The position numbers were made by a program, and so were the translations under genes. From a virus, in IMG/VR virus record IMGVR_UViG_3300035696_000007, positions 96,001 through 160,000 of that record: 64,000 nt of DNA; one strand, 5' to 3'. Under the pieces are notes generated by a model. The model was not told the DNA's origin. It searched no databases and worked only from the letters and a program-made list of their open reading frames with translations. Shown here piece by piece: positions 33,141-42,351 of this stretch (its first letter is position 1; each line of letters starts with the position of its first letter).

Positions 33141-33794
33141 ATGAGCGAAACCACGACAGGGACGGACACGCAGGACAACTACTTCTCCATCACCGCGCAG
33201 GGCATGGGAATCGGCGAGGGCGGCCCCGCCCCGACCCCCTACGTCGGCGCCGTCCCGGCGACGATCCAGCCGAGCAACCCGCAGGGCTACGACGCGATCC
33301 TGAAGATCTGCGACGGGGCCGGGCCGCTCACCCTCGCGGGCATGACCGTCGCCCAGGGCCACGAGGACTCGGTCAACTTCACCAACGGCTGCCACGACAT
33401 CCAGTTCTCCGGGGTCGTCGGCGCGGGCACGATCCGGGGGCTCCGGGCCATCACGATCAAGGGCCCCTGCAGGAACATAACCTTCGGGCCGACCGTCATC
33501 GACCAGCACGGGACGGATGAGGACGTCAAGCTCGGCGACTGGCTGGACGAGTCCTACGGCGCCCCCGACCGGGTCGACCTCTCCAACATCACCATGCAGG
33601 ACGGGTCCAAGGTCCAGGTCGTGGTCGGCCATTCCCCGTGGCCCAAGTACAACCCAAGCAAGCAGATCCTTTTCGGCTCCACGGCCGAGCTGAAGCTCTA
33701 CTGGTGGTTCAAGCGGGGGGCGCGAATCCTCTGCGGGGTCAAGGTCGGCCAGCAGGGGCCCAAGAACTTCCTGGGGTTCATCGACCTCACCTGA
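33141..33794 (+). CDS. Putative beta-helix late protein
   Basis: TAGTTA upstream; GHEDSVNFTNGCHDI-type beta repeats. Confidence 0.5.
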   Translation: MSETTTGTDTQDNYFSITAQGMGIGEGGPAPTPYVGAVPATIQPSNPQGYDAILKICDGAGPLTLAGMTVAQGHEDSVNFTNGCHDIQFSGVVGAGTIRGLRAITIKGPCRNITFGPTVIDQHGTDEDVKLGDWLDESYGAPDRVDLSNITMQDGSKVQVVVGHSPWPKYNPSKQILFGSTAELKLYWWFKRGARILCGVKVGQQGPKNFLGFIDLT

Positions 33795-34156
33795 TGCTGA
33801 ACACGCGGGGCATAACCCAGGTCGCGGTCGGCCTGAGCCGGGACTTGAGCAAGCGGGGGGCCGAGTTCGCGTTCGACCTGAACGAGAGGAGCCGCCCCTA
33901 CCGCCGCATCGGGCAGTGGGCGCAGGGGGTGTGGCTCAAGTGGCGCGTCATCCTCGCGGCGGCCTTCGTCAACCTCGTGGTGTCGAACGGGCTGGAGGTG
34001 ACGGTCAAGGGCGCGCTGCACTGGCACTGGGCCTTCGCGTGCGTCGACGGGATGGGGATGTCGTGGAAGGCCGCGGTGGCGCAGGCGATCCTGCACTCGC
34101 TCTGGAGCGGCGCGACCCACATCGCCGGGCAGAAGAAGGTGTCGGACGCCGGCTAG
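33794..34156 (+). CDS. Small membrane protein (holin-like candidate)
   Basis: Hydrophobic segments, basic C-terminus. Confidence 0.35.
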   Translation: MLNTRGITQVAVGLSRDLSKRGAEFAFDLNERSRPYRRIGQWAQGVWLKWRVILAAAFVNLVVSNGLEVTVKGALHWHWAFACVDGMGMSWKAAVAQAILHSLWSGATHIAGQKKVSDAG

Positions 34157-34773
34157 TGCATCCACTGCATGCTCTCGACGCGCTCGTCGCCATGCAGGGC
34201 GGCGTCGATGGCGTCCTCGATCTTGGCGATGAGGGCGCCGTGGTGCTTGGGGTCAGCCACGACATCCAGCGAATAGACGTCACCAGTGCCACCCGCGGGA
34301 ATAATCTCAACGCCAAAGGTACGCTCGGCGGAAGGCTCGTCGTCGCCTCCCCCGGCGCCCTCGGCCTCGTGAACTTGAGACTCCTCGGGCTCCTCAGGAT
34401 CATCCTCGTCAGGCTCAAGTCGGTATTTGAAGCCGCACTCCGGGCACTGGCAGATCTGGTAGACCGTTTCGCGCGTCTTCGGGTCGGTGACGTCCTTCAG
34501 AATGTCCACGCGCCGGCCGCACTTGGGGCATGTGGGCGGCTGCTCCGACATAAGCCAAACATCCAGGTCCTCCTTCACGCGGGGGCCCGCCGGCATGGTC
34601 TGGTCGAGCCTGCTCAGCTCCGCGAAGGTGGGCGAGCGGCCCGCGCCGCGGTCGCGGCGGCCCTTGCGCTTGCGCGGCCACATCCCGGCCATGGGCGAGG
34701 CGCTCACGGGGCACTCCAGCAATTTGTCGACGAGCGTCCGGCCCGCCTGTTCCACCCTGTCGAGATCAGTCAT
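34153..34773 (-). CDS. Late Zn-ribbon protein with VDKLLE motif
   Basis: CPKC/CPEC; RTLVDKLLE; TAGTTA-N4-ATG. Confidence 0.6.
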   Translation of the reverse strand: MTDLDRVEQAGRTLVDKLLECPVSASPMAGMWPRKRKGRRDRGAGRSPTFAELSRLDQTMPAGPRVKEDLDVWLMSEQPPTCPKCGRRVDILKDVTDPKTRETVYQICQCPECGFKYRLEPDEDDPEEPEESQVHEAEGAGGGDDEPSAERTFGVEIIPAGGTGDVYSLDVVADPKHHGALIAKIEDAIDAALHGDERVESMQWMH

Positions 34774-35079
34774 GCCCTAACTACTGGGGCACGAGCGTGG
34801 TGGAGCACTCCTCGATGGCGAGGCGGACTTCGCAGGGCAGCTCGGAGTCCGGCACGGCGACGCAGTTGCGGCAGCGCGTGACGACGTGGCCGAAGTCGTC
34901 GAGCACGACGTAGTAGGTCGTGCCGCGGTCCCCGACGGCCGTCAGGTGCAGCCACCCCTCGAAGTCCACGGTCCGGTTGATCTGGAAGATCTCATCCATC
35001 GGATTCGACGATACGCAAACAGGGCTGAAAGTAAACAACAAAAGTAAACATCATCCTGCGCGGCCAGTGGTTACGCGAA

Positions 35080-35133
35080 GTCGTAGACATTATTTTGTTT
35101 ACAACTCCGACCCGCCTGTGGTAGCTTCCAGGC
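35080..35133 (+). promoter_or_regulatory. Sigma70-type early promoter with operator-like GTCNTAGAC (representative copy)
   Basis: GTCGTAGAC..TTTTGTTTACA-17bp-TAGCTT, 6 nt before ATG of XRE gene. Confidence 0.65.
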
Positions 35134-35673
35134 ATGACCAGGATCACGCCCAAGAACATCAGGCGCCTGCGCGCCCGCGCGGGCCTCAGCCAAACGAAGC
35201 TGGCCGAGAAACTCGGCTGGCCGCCCAAGAAGGCCTCCATGATCTCGTGCTGGGAGCGGGGCGTCTGCCAGCCCTCGCTGATCGAGAGGCGCCAGTTGCG
35301 CGAGCTGATGCGCTCGACCCCGGTGACGCGTGCGCTTGGCATGGTCCGGGAGAGCCGCGCCAGGATGAACAGGTATTCCGGCGACCAGCGCGCAAAGTTG
35401 GAGGCGGCGGCGCGGAAAAAGCTGGCGAAGGAGGGCGCGCCCAAGACCGAGATGGTCTGGCACCCGCCGCTGGAGCAGCAGTGCGAGGCGCTGATCGGGG
35501 CGATGGCCGACATCGTCGAGCTGGCCGACCAAATCAAGGACCCGGAGGTCTTCAGGCGCCACGCCCGGAAGATCGCCGATCGCAGCCGCTTCCTCTCGAT
35601 GCAGTGCCGGCTGACCATCTCCGACGCGGCCGCGCGCAAGCTGGTGCGCGACCCCAAGGCCGCGAGGTCCTAG
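35134..35673 (+). CDS. XRE-family HTH regulator
   Basis: IRRLRARAGLSQTKLAEKLG..ISCWERG..P. Confidence 0.85.
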   Translation: MTRITPKNIRRLRARAGLSQTKLAEKLGWPPKKASMISCWERGVCQPSLIERRQLRELMRSTPVTRALGMVRESRARMNRYSGDQRAKLEAAARKKLAKEGAPKTEMVWHPPLEQQCEALIGAMADIVELADQIKDPEVFRRHARKIADRSRFLSMQCRLTISDAAARKLVRDPKAARS

Positions 35674-36320
35674 GCGGGCCGGAACACGACCAGGGCCGAC
35701 GGGAAGGGGGCCGGGCGGGGCGCGCCGCCGAAGGTGAGGCGCCCGCGGATGAAGCGGGTCTCGCCCTTCATGGCGTAGTCGTGCCACCAGGCCGTGTCGG
35801 TGCGGGCGGGCACGAGGCAGACGACGAGGCTGCTCTCGTACGCCTTCTGCATCCACCTGCCGATCTCGCGCCCGTAGGGCGGGTTCATCCAGACGCGCCC
35901 GCGCCAGGGCCGCGACAAGCCGTCCTGGGCCCGCGTGTAGTAGCGCCGGGCCTTGGCGTTCCCCGGGGTGGCGCAGGCGTCGAGGTCGAACGGGCCGAAC
36001 TCGGCCTCGACCTCCTTGAAGAGGGTGTCGGGCGTCGCCCACTCGTCGGTGACGCTGGAGAACGCCTGGCGGCTTCGGAAGAACGGGGTGGCGGCCTCGC
36101 AGGCGAGCAGCCGGCCCACCAGGGCCAGGGCCTCGGCCCTCACGGAGGGGGCCGGCGGGCCGACCCTGAACACCTGCCCCGGCTTGGCGCGGCGGAGGGC
36201 GCCGGCCTGGGCGAGCGCCCTGGCGCGGTCGCGCCTGCCGGGCGGGACGCGCCTGACCTCGGACCACCCGGCCTCCGGGGCGCCGCGGCCCTTGGCGTAG
36301 ATCCTGTAGGGCTCGGCCAT
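35670..36320 (-). CDS. dam: Phage DNA N6-adenine methyltransferase with N-terminal extension
   Basis: DEWATP, FDLDAC, WMNPPY, LVPARTDT.WW, FIRGRL.F. Confidence 0.9.
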   Translation of the reverse strand: MAEPYRIYAKGRGAPEAGWSEVRRVPPGRRDRARALAQAGALRRAKPGQVFRVGPPAPSVRAEALALVGRLLACEAATPFFRSRQAFSSVTDEWATPDTLFKEVEAEFGPFDLDACATPGNAKARRYYTRAQDGLSRPWRGRVWMNPPYGREIGRWMQKAYESSLVVCLVPARTDTAWWHDYAMKGETRFIRGRLTFGGAPRPAPFPSALVVFRPA

Positions 36321-36589
36321 CAGCGTGGCCCGATGAGCCGGTTGACCAGCTCGACCGCCGCGGGGTCCCCCCGTCCGCGCCGGGGCGGCGGCTGGACGGT
36401 TCGGACGACCTCGCCGTGGGGGTAGAGGATGTGCAGGGCGGCCTCCGGGCAGTAGCCGTAGCTCTTGCCGTCGGGGTCGCGCTCGGCGAACTCGTCCGCG
36501 TGATGCCTCTCGTCGACCACGGCGATCGGCAGGCCCGAGTCGCGGGCCGCCTGCTCGGCGCCTTCCACAGCGTCCTTCAGCGTTGCCAT
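36320..36589 (-). CDS. Small late protein
   Basis: TAGTTA-N4-ATG; C-term AVELVNRLIG. Confidence 0.6.
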   Translation of the reverse strand: MATLKDAVEGAEQAARDSGLPIAVVDERHHADEFAERDPDGKSYGYCPEAALHILYPHGEVVRTVQPPPRRGRGDPAAVELVNRLIGPR

Positions 36590-36592
36590 GCC

Positions 36593-36820
36593 CTAACTAT
36601 CGAGCTCGGCGGCGAGGTGGGCGACGACCTTCCGGTACTCCGGCCGGAGCACGGGGTGCATGCCGACGAACCAGTCGGCGCCGAACTCGGCGAGCTGCTG
36701 CGTCGTGCGCCTCGGGTCGTCCGGGTCAGACTGGGCCATGCACATCAGGCCGTAGGCGGCGTGCAGGTCGCTCGCCTCCTCGTCGGTCAGCAGCTCAAGC
36801 TCAAGGCGGTCTTCTCCCAT
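36593..36820 (-). CDS. Small late protein
   Basis: TAGTTA-N5-ATG. Confidence 0.55.
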   Translation of the reverse strand: MGEDRLELELLTDEEASDLHAAYGLMCMAQSDPDDPRRTTQQLAEFGADWFVGMHPVLRPEYRKVVAHLAAELDS

Positions 36821-36950
36821 CCTTCTAACTACACCACTAATCGCAGCGCAACACAGACAAAAACATCATAAGCGAATGTTGTTTACTTTTCCCGGCAAAG
36901 CGGGTGGAAAAGCAGTTCTCTCCTTGGAACAACCGAACAAAGAAACCCAC

Positions 36951-37799
36951 ATGCACTCGAAACGAGCCCCATACTCAAAGCTGGAAACCCTGACCCCGAA
37001 ACTCGCAGACCACCTCCTAGAAACCCTCACCCACGGCCCGCTCAACATCGACCAGGTATCCTTCCTGGCGACCGAACTGAGGGAGAATCGGTGGAGGAAG
37101 TTCCCGGGGGCCATAATGATCGCCGACGCCGAGCGCGTGCTGGTCGACGGCGCTCACCGGTGCGGGGCTTGCTCCCTCACCGGAATCTCGTTCCCGGTGT
37201 ACATCTGGCACAACGTGCCGGCGGACACCAACCCCGACCTCGGCATAAGGGGCCACTCCCTGGCCGAGGCGATGAAGCTCAACAAGAACATCGTGTCTGC
37301 CGCCCGCCAGCTCGCCGCCGCGTGCTGCAAGCACCACCCCGTCAAGATGAGCATGGGATCGACCCTGATAGTGCTGGACGAGTTCCAGGGCGACATCGAG
37401 CGCGTGACCAAGGCCATGGCGGGCTTCAGGGCGGGGAAGCACGCGTGGGTCGTCGGCGCGCTCGCGCTGGCCTGCGGGGCGGACCCGGGGACGATCCCGT
37501 TCATCGAGGCCTTCGGCTCGGGCGAAGGCCTCCACCGGGGCGACCCCGCCAAGGCGGCGCGGCAGTGGCTCACCAACAACGAGCCGAGCGGCCACGACCA
37601 CAACCACGGGGCGGCCGTCGAGACACTGCTCATCGCCGCCTACCACGCCGCGATGGGCGAGCAGATCACCGTGCTGCGGCGCAGCGACCAGGGGCTCAAC
37701 TACTTCCTCGGCAGGAAAGCCGGGTTCGTCAAGGCCCTCCGCTCGGCGCTCACGCTCCTGCTGCCCCGCCCGCGCACCCAGCCCGTAGTTAGGGCGTGA
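36951..37799 (+). CDS. ParB/DGQHR-like domain protein
   Basis: LVDGAHRC motif; TPKLA..LL N-terminus. Confidence 0.6.
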   Translation: MHSKRAPYSKLETLTPKLADHLLETLTHGPLNIDQVSFLATELRENRWRKFPGAIMIADAERVLVDGAHRCGACSLTGISFPVYIWHNVPADTNPDLGIRGHSLAEAMKLNKNIVSAARQLAAACCKHHPVKMSMGSTLIVLDEFQGDIERVTKAMAGFRAGKHAWVVGALALACGADPGTIPFIEAFGSGEGLHRGDPAKAARQWLTNNEPSGHDHNHGAAVETLLIAAYHAAMGEQITVLRRSDQGLNYFLGRKAGFVKALRSALTLLLPRPRTQPVVRA

Positions 37800-38302
37800 C
37801 CGACTACAGGAAGCTTGTGCGCAGGTTCCCGGGGGACGACGACGCCTCGTTCGAGGCGAGGGCGGCGCGCGCCGGGGACCTGGGGATCGAGGACATGGAG
37901 GACGGCGACCTCACGCCCGCGGGCCTCAAGGCCAAGGCCGAGGCGGTCCGCGAGATCGGGGGCGACTTCTGGGACGAGTACCGGGGGATGCACCCGGGGC
38001 TGCGCGAGCGGGCACGCCACGAGTCCCGCGCCAAGCGGGAGCTGGAGGGGCTCCTCGGCGAGTCGGCCCTGGTGTGGACCGAGATGCTCACCAAGGCGTG
38101 GGCCGAGGGCAAGCGGTTCCTCATGCTGCCGCAGCGCGGCGCGGCCGAGCTCCTGGCCACGAGGGAGGAGGCCCTGCGCCTCGGCAAGAACTTCGAAAGC
38201 GTCGCCATCCCCTACGCCGTCTTCTCCGTGCGCGAGCTGGTCGGGGCGACCCACCAGGCGGCCTACAACCAGCCCATGACGGCGCGCGGCTCCCCGCAAT
38301 GA
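37796..38302 (+). CDS. Small late protein
   Basis: TAGTTA-N4-GTG; ESRAKRELEGLLGES. Confidence 0.6.
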   Translation: MTDYRKLVRRFPGDDDASFEARAARAGDLGIEDMEDGDLTPAGLKAKAEAVREIGGDFWDEYRGMHPGLRERARHESRAKRELEGLLGESALVWTEMLTKAWAEGKRFLMLPQRGAAELLATREEALRLGKNFESVAIPYAVFSVRELVGATHQAAYNQPMTARGSPQ

Positions 38303-38811
38303 ACCCCCCTGACAGCAGAGCGCGCCGGGCGGTGGACCGCCTCGTGGAGGCGGAGGCCGTCACGGCGATGGACAAGGCGACCGCCAAGCGCATCCACCAC
38401 GAGGCGGACGACCTGATGAGGACGCTGGCCGAGGACCTAGGGATGCAGCACGCCGGCAAGGGCGGCAGCTACAGCTAGGACACCTTCACCTATCGCTGCG
38501 AGTTCAAGCTCAAGACGGTCGGGGGCGTCCCCGCCGAGGAGGCGAGGTTCAAGCGCGAGTGCTACCTCTTCGACTTGGAGCCGTCCGACTACGGGGCGGT
38601 GATCACCATCAACCGCGAGCAGTGGAGGCTGACGGGGCTGCAGCCGAACCGGTCGAAGTTCCCGCTGGTGTTCACCCGCGTCAGCGACGGCAAGCAGCTG
38701 CTCTTCACCGACGACCAGGTCGACAGAGTGAAGGCGGCCCGCAAGGGCGGGGCGCCGCCACCACCAGCAGCACCGATGAAGCCCTTTGCGCCGCGGGCGC
38801 CGGAGACATAG
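38299..38811 (+). pseudogene. Late gene interrupted by in-frame TAG (38476-38478)
   Basis: Same frame continues GGSYS*DTFTYRCEFKLK..; N-term RARRAVDRLVE. Confidence 0.6.
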
Positions 38812-39137
38812 TCAGACCGTCGGGTCCTCGAAGTCCTCGAACGGGTTCCCCTCGCACATGACGGCGAGCGGGACGGGGGTTATGGTGCCGTCGCGGTTGC
38901 GCTGCATCGCGGCGACGAGCGCCACGGGCTTCTTGTCCGCCTTTCGGACGGCGGAGATCAGCCCGAGGTCCCCCTCCTTGGCGGCCCGGAGGAGCATGCT
39001 GAAGTTCTTGCGGTAGCCGACGTAAGAGGGGGCGGGGTGGGCCCCTCCCCGGCCGGGGCGTCGCCCCGCTGCGCCCCCTCGTCAGCTTCCAGCAGCTTGT
39101 CGACAATCTTTCTGGCCCGCTCGGCGTCTCGGTTCAT
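38812..39137 (-). pseudogene. Late gene with internal frameshift
   Basis: MNRDAERARKIVDKLLEADE frame shifts (-1) into ..YVGYRKNFSMLLRAAKEGDL frame between about 39020 and 39081. Confidence 0.55.
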
Positions 39138-39189
39138 GCCCTAACTACAGCCCCTACGTTGTAAGCAAAAAGAGTTATGACCAGAAAGG

Positions 39190-39593
39190 GGTGCGGAGAC
39201 AGCTCACCGCGGCTCGGCGAGGTGTCGTTGTCGGCAGACACCTCGCCCTTAGTTGCGCGCGTGCGCCCGCGCGAGGGCGGGCGCCGCAGGTGGGCGGGGT
39301 GGCGCATAAGCCGGCTGAGGGGCCGGCTGGAACGGTTGCCGCCGGTCTTCCCATGACGCGGCCCGTGCTCGCCCAACTCCAAATGAGGCGGCGGCCATCC
39401 GGCCCGCATGGTGCGTTCGAACCGGTTTCATCTGCCCCATCCGATATGGCTCAATCCTGACGGCTAGCGGCTAAGACAAGGAGCACGCCGGGGTGTCAGG
39501 CTCGATGAACACGTATGGCTTAGAGTTGCGGCACGCGCGCAAGCGCAACGAACAACGGCCCGTGCGGAGGCGACGGCACCCCGGCGGCAACCG
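39190..39593 (-). ncRNA. Candidate large structured ncRNA (unknown family)
   Basis: Gene-free 0.45 kb with 12-13-bp long-range helices and several hairpins; GTTCT motif at 39597-39601. Confidence 0.55.
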
Positions 39594-39618
39594 GTAAGAA
39601 CTGCAAACCGCGGCCAAG

Positions 39619-40326
39619 TCACCTGCCGGACGGCGACCACGGCTGGAGCCCCGGGTAGGGGCGCCCGATGGTCTTAACCACCGCGCCGGGCCAGCGCTCG
39701 TGCAACAGATGCGCGATGACCGAGTCCAGATGCTCGGCCTCGACGCCGGCGGGAACCATGATGTTCTGGCGGTTCACCCCGACCTCCGCGCCGACGTCCA
39801 CGGTGAACTCGACGCCATAGGTCTTCGGGCCCTGGTCGAAATCGGCCTCCTCCAAGCCCCCCTCCACCTCTTCCTCCTCCGGGTGCTCGGCCTCCCAGCC
39901 CTCCAAGAAGTCGCCCCAGCTCGTCCACAGGAACTCCTCGGTCTCGCTGTCCAACAGGAGCGTGTTCTCGTAGGTGTCGCCCATGTTGACGTACGTGGCG
40001 ATGATGTCCCCGTAGTAGCCGTCCACCCAGGCGTCCTCCTTGTGGATCGCCTCGACGCCGTAGCCCTCCAGGACCTCGTTGGCGGCCTCAAGGATCTTCT
40101 CCTCGTCCGAAGGCTCGTTGTAGCACTGGCCGACCCAGTCCTGCACAGACTTGAAGGACATCGGATCGAGCTCGCCTCTCACCAGCTGTCGGATCTGCTC
40201 AGGTGCACCAGCCAGGCCTAGGTCACCCCGCGGAACAGGGGCACCGCCGCCCGGACCAGCGAGACGGTCTCTCGCGGCCATGCTCACCTCGACCAACGAA
40301 TCCAGTATGCTGCGGGCGTTGCTCAT
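39619..40326 (-). CDS. Acidic late protein with ILDSLVE motif
   Basis: TAGTTA-N4-ATG; YVNMGDTYENTLL motif. Confidence 0.65.
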   Translation of the reverse strand: MSNARSILDSLVEVSMAARDRLAGPGGGAPVPRGDLGLAGAPEQIRQLVRGELDPMSFKSVQDWVGQCYNEPSDEEKILEAANEVLEGYGVEAIHKEDAWVDGYYGDIIATYVNMGDTYENTLLLDSETEEFLWTSWGDFLEGWEAEHPEEEEVEGGLEEADFDQGPKTYGVEFTVDVGAEVGVNRQNIMVPAGVEAEHLDSVIAHLLHERWPGAVVKTIGRPYPGLQPWSPSGR

Positions 40327-40333
40327 GGCCTAA

Positions 40334-42055
40334 CTACTTGTCCAAGTCGGCTGCCTCATATCCGGCGCCGATGGAGTCCGGCCCCAAACAAGGCCAGAAG
40401 AAGCTGAACCCGCGCGTCTTCTCCAGCTCGGCGACGAGGGCCAGCGACCCGCGGCGCATCGCCGAGGTCTGCCGGTCAATGAAGAGGGTCACGTGCGCCT
40501 CGTTCTCCCCGGCAGGCTTCCTGCGGATGAAGCGCCCGATCATCTGCCGGGCGACGTCCGGCCCGGCCACGTAGTCGGCGATGACCCCGGCCTTGAGCTC
40601 CGGCAGCGACACGCCCTCCTTGACGAGCGGCGAGACGAGGACGGCCCCCGGCGTGCCGACCAGCCAGGCAAAGGCCTCGTCGCGGGTCTTCGAAGTGTCC
40701 TCGCCGGTGAGGGTGCGCACCTCGGCCAGCCCGGCCTCGGCCAACAGGGTCTCGATGATGAGGACGTGCAAGGTACGGGTAGCGATGACCAGGGTCGGCC
40801 AACCCTTGGAGACATAATGCCTGACCCACTCGACGACCAGCCGGTTGCGATCCCTGAAGCGGACGACGCCCTCATCATGCTGCCGATGGAGGAGGCACCA
40901 GCGGCTCTCCACCTCGAACTCGCCGCCCTCGTCCAGCTCGATGAGGTGCTTGTTGATGACCACGGTGGGCTCCTTCCTGGCGTTGCGCACGATCACGCCG
41001 CGCTCGTCGCGCTCGTAGACCGGCCCGACGTAGGTGCCCCGCTTCCAACCCTCGCCCATCAGGCACCAGGCCTTGGTGCCCTTCTTCGCCCGGTTGGGCA
41101 AATCCTGGAAGCGGTTGTTCCACTCCGGGCAGTCGACGAGGTAGAGGATGGGCTTGGCGACGCGCCCGACCTCGATGAGCGGCGCGAGAGTCGTGCGATG
41201 GCGGGCGGGCCCGAAGGCACCCTCGACGGCCAGCCCGCGCATCTTGTCCTGCGGGCGGCTGCTGTCCTTGACCGAGGCAGAGGCCCCGAAGCGGAAGAAG
41301 GTGGGGATGTCGCCGACGACCTTCCGGGTCGCCGGGGCGCCGACGTGGTGCACCTCGTCGAACAGGAGGCCGGAGAAGGTCTTGTACCAGCCGGAGACTA
41401 AGAACCGGTCATGGTTACGGTTGAGCGAGGCCATCGTGGCCACGACCATGTCCCGCCCCGTCTCCGACTTCACCCCGCCGCCGAACTGCGACACCCTCAG
41501 GGAGGGTGCTAGCTTCCTAGCCTCCTTGACAACCTGGCGGACGAGCCGCTCGGAGGGCGTGACGTAGAGGAACCGGGCGTCGGGGAAGCGCCGGCGGATG
41601 AGGAGGGCGACGGAGAAGAGGACGGCGGTCTTGCCGCCGGAGGTGGTGATCTCGACGGTGCCGAAGGCGTTGCGGCAAAGCTCGGCCACGCAAGTCCGCT
41701 GGTCGAGGTCGAGGGTCAGGCCCTTGAGCAAGTCGGGCGGCACGTCGTCGACGGTGATCCCGGCGAGCGGCTTGCGCCGCTCTTTCCATTCGACCTCGAT
41801 GTCCTCCTGCGCGGCGGCCGCCAGCAGCCGCTCCTGGTGGCCCCGCTGCACCCACGCCTGGTCGCGGGCGACGCGGTGCACCAGCGTTAGCGTGCCATCC
41901 CAGCCACTCTTACCGTCGGTGCGCTTCCACAGCTGGTACTTCGGCGATCGCCAGTACTCCGGCGGGTGGAACCGAAGGCGCTCCACGAGGGCGTCCAGCT
42001 CGCCCCTCTCGCCCTTGAGCCAGACCCGCACGTTGGATTCTTCGAGCGTAACCAT
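40334..42055 (-). CDS. uvsW: SF2 DNA helicase, UvsW-like
   Basis: TTSGGKT Walker A, FDEVHH, EGVSLPEL, QMIGRFIR; N-term FHPPEY..PKY..WDG. Confidence 0.85.
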   Translation of the reverse strand: MVTLEESNVRVWLKGERGELDALVERLRFHPPEYWRSPKYQLWKRTDGKSGWDGTLTLVHRVARDQAWVQRGHQERLLAAAAQEDIEVEWKERRKPLAGITVDDVPPDLLKGLTLDLDQRTCVAELCRNAFGTVEITTSGGKTAVLFSVALLIRRRFPDARFLYVTPSERLVRQVVKEARKLAPSLRVSQFGGGVKSETGRDMVVATMASLNRNHDRFLVSGWYKTFSGLLFDEVHHVGAPATRKVVGDIPTFFRFGASASVKDSSRPQDKMRGLAVEGAFGPARHRTTLAPLIEVGRVAKPILYLVDCPEWNNRFQDLPNRAKKGTKAWCLMGEGWKRGTYVGPVYERDERGVIVRNARKEPTVVINKHLIELDEGGEFEVESRWCLLHRQHDEGVVRFRDRNRLVVEWVRHYVSKGWPTLVIATRTLHVLIIETLLAEAGLAEVRTLTGEDTSKTRDEAFAWLVGTPGAVLVSPLVKEGVSLPELKAGVIADYVAGPDVARQMIGRFIRRKPAGENEAHVTLFIDRQTSAMRRGSLALVAELEKTRGFSFFWPCLGPDSIGAGYEAADLDK

Positions 42056-42056
42056 A

Positions 42057-42302
42057 TCAGTCGGAGGCCGGGATGTTCTCCCAGCAGCTCTCGCCGCGCC
42101 TCCGCTGCCAGACCGCCCCTGGCTTCCTTGTCGCGAGGGCAACCTGCTTCGCATCCGTGGCCACGCCGCCGTGGGTGTCCATGTCGTACTGCGAGACACC
42201 CATCAGCCGGAACGCCGCGGTCTTCGTCCGGGCCGCGACGATCCTCAACCCCTCGGGGCACCGCACATAGTAGACTTGGATGGCATCCCTGCTGACGTTC
42301 AT
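42057..42302 (-). CDS. Hypothetical protein
   Basis: GGAG RBS; TTTGTTTAC upstream. Confidence 0.5.
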   Translation of the reverse strand: MNVSRDAIQVYYVRCPEGLRIVAARTKTAAFRLMGVSQYDMDTHGGVATDAKQVALATRKPGAVWQRRRGESCWENIPASD

Positions 42303-42351
42303 CTCACCCCCATATAGTCTATGACATTTTGGCCGTAAACAAAAAAGTGGC

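Noticed and set aside
39190-39593. tmRNA, group I intron or retron ncRNA
   Set aside because: No tRNA-Ala-like ends or tag ORF, no recognisable P7 core, no adjacent RT; left as unknown
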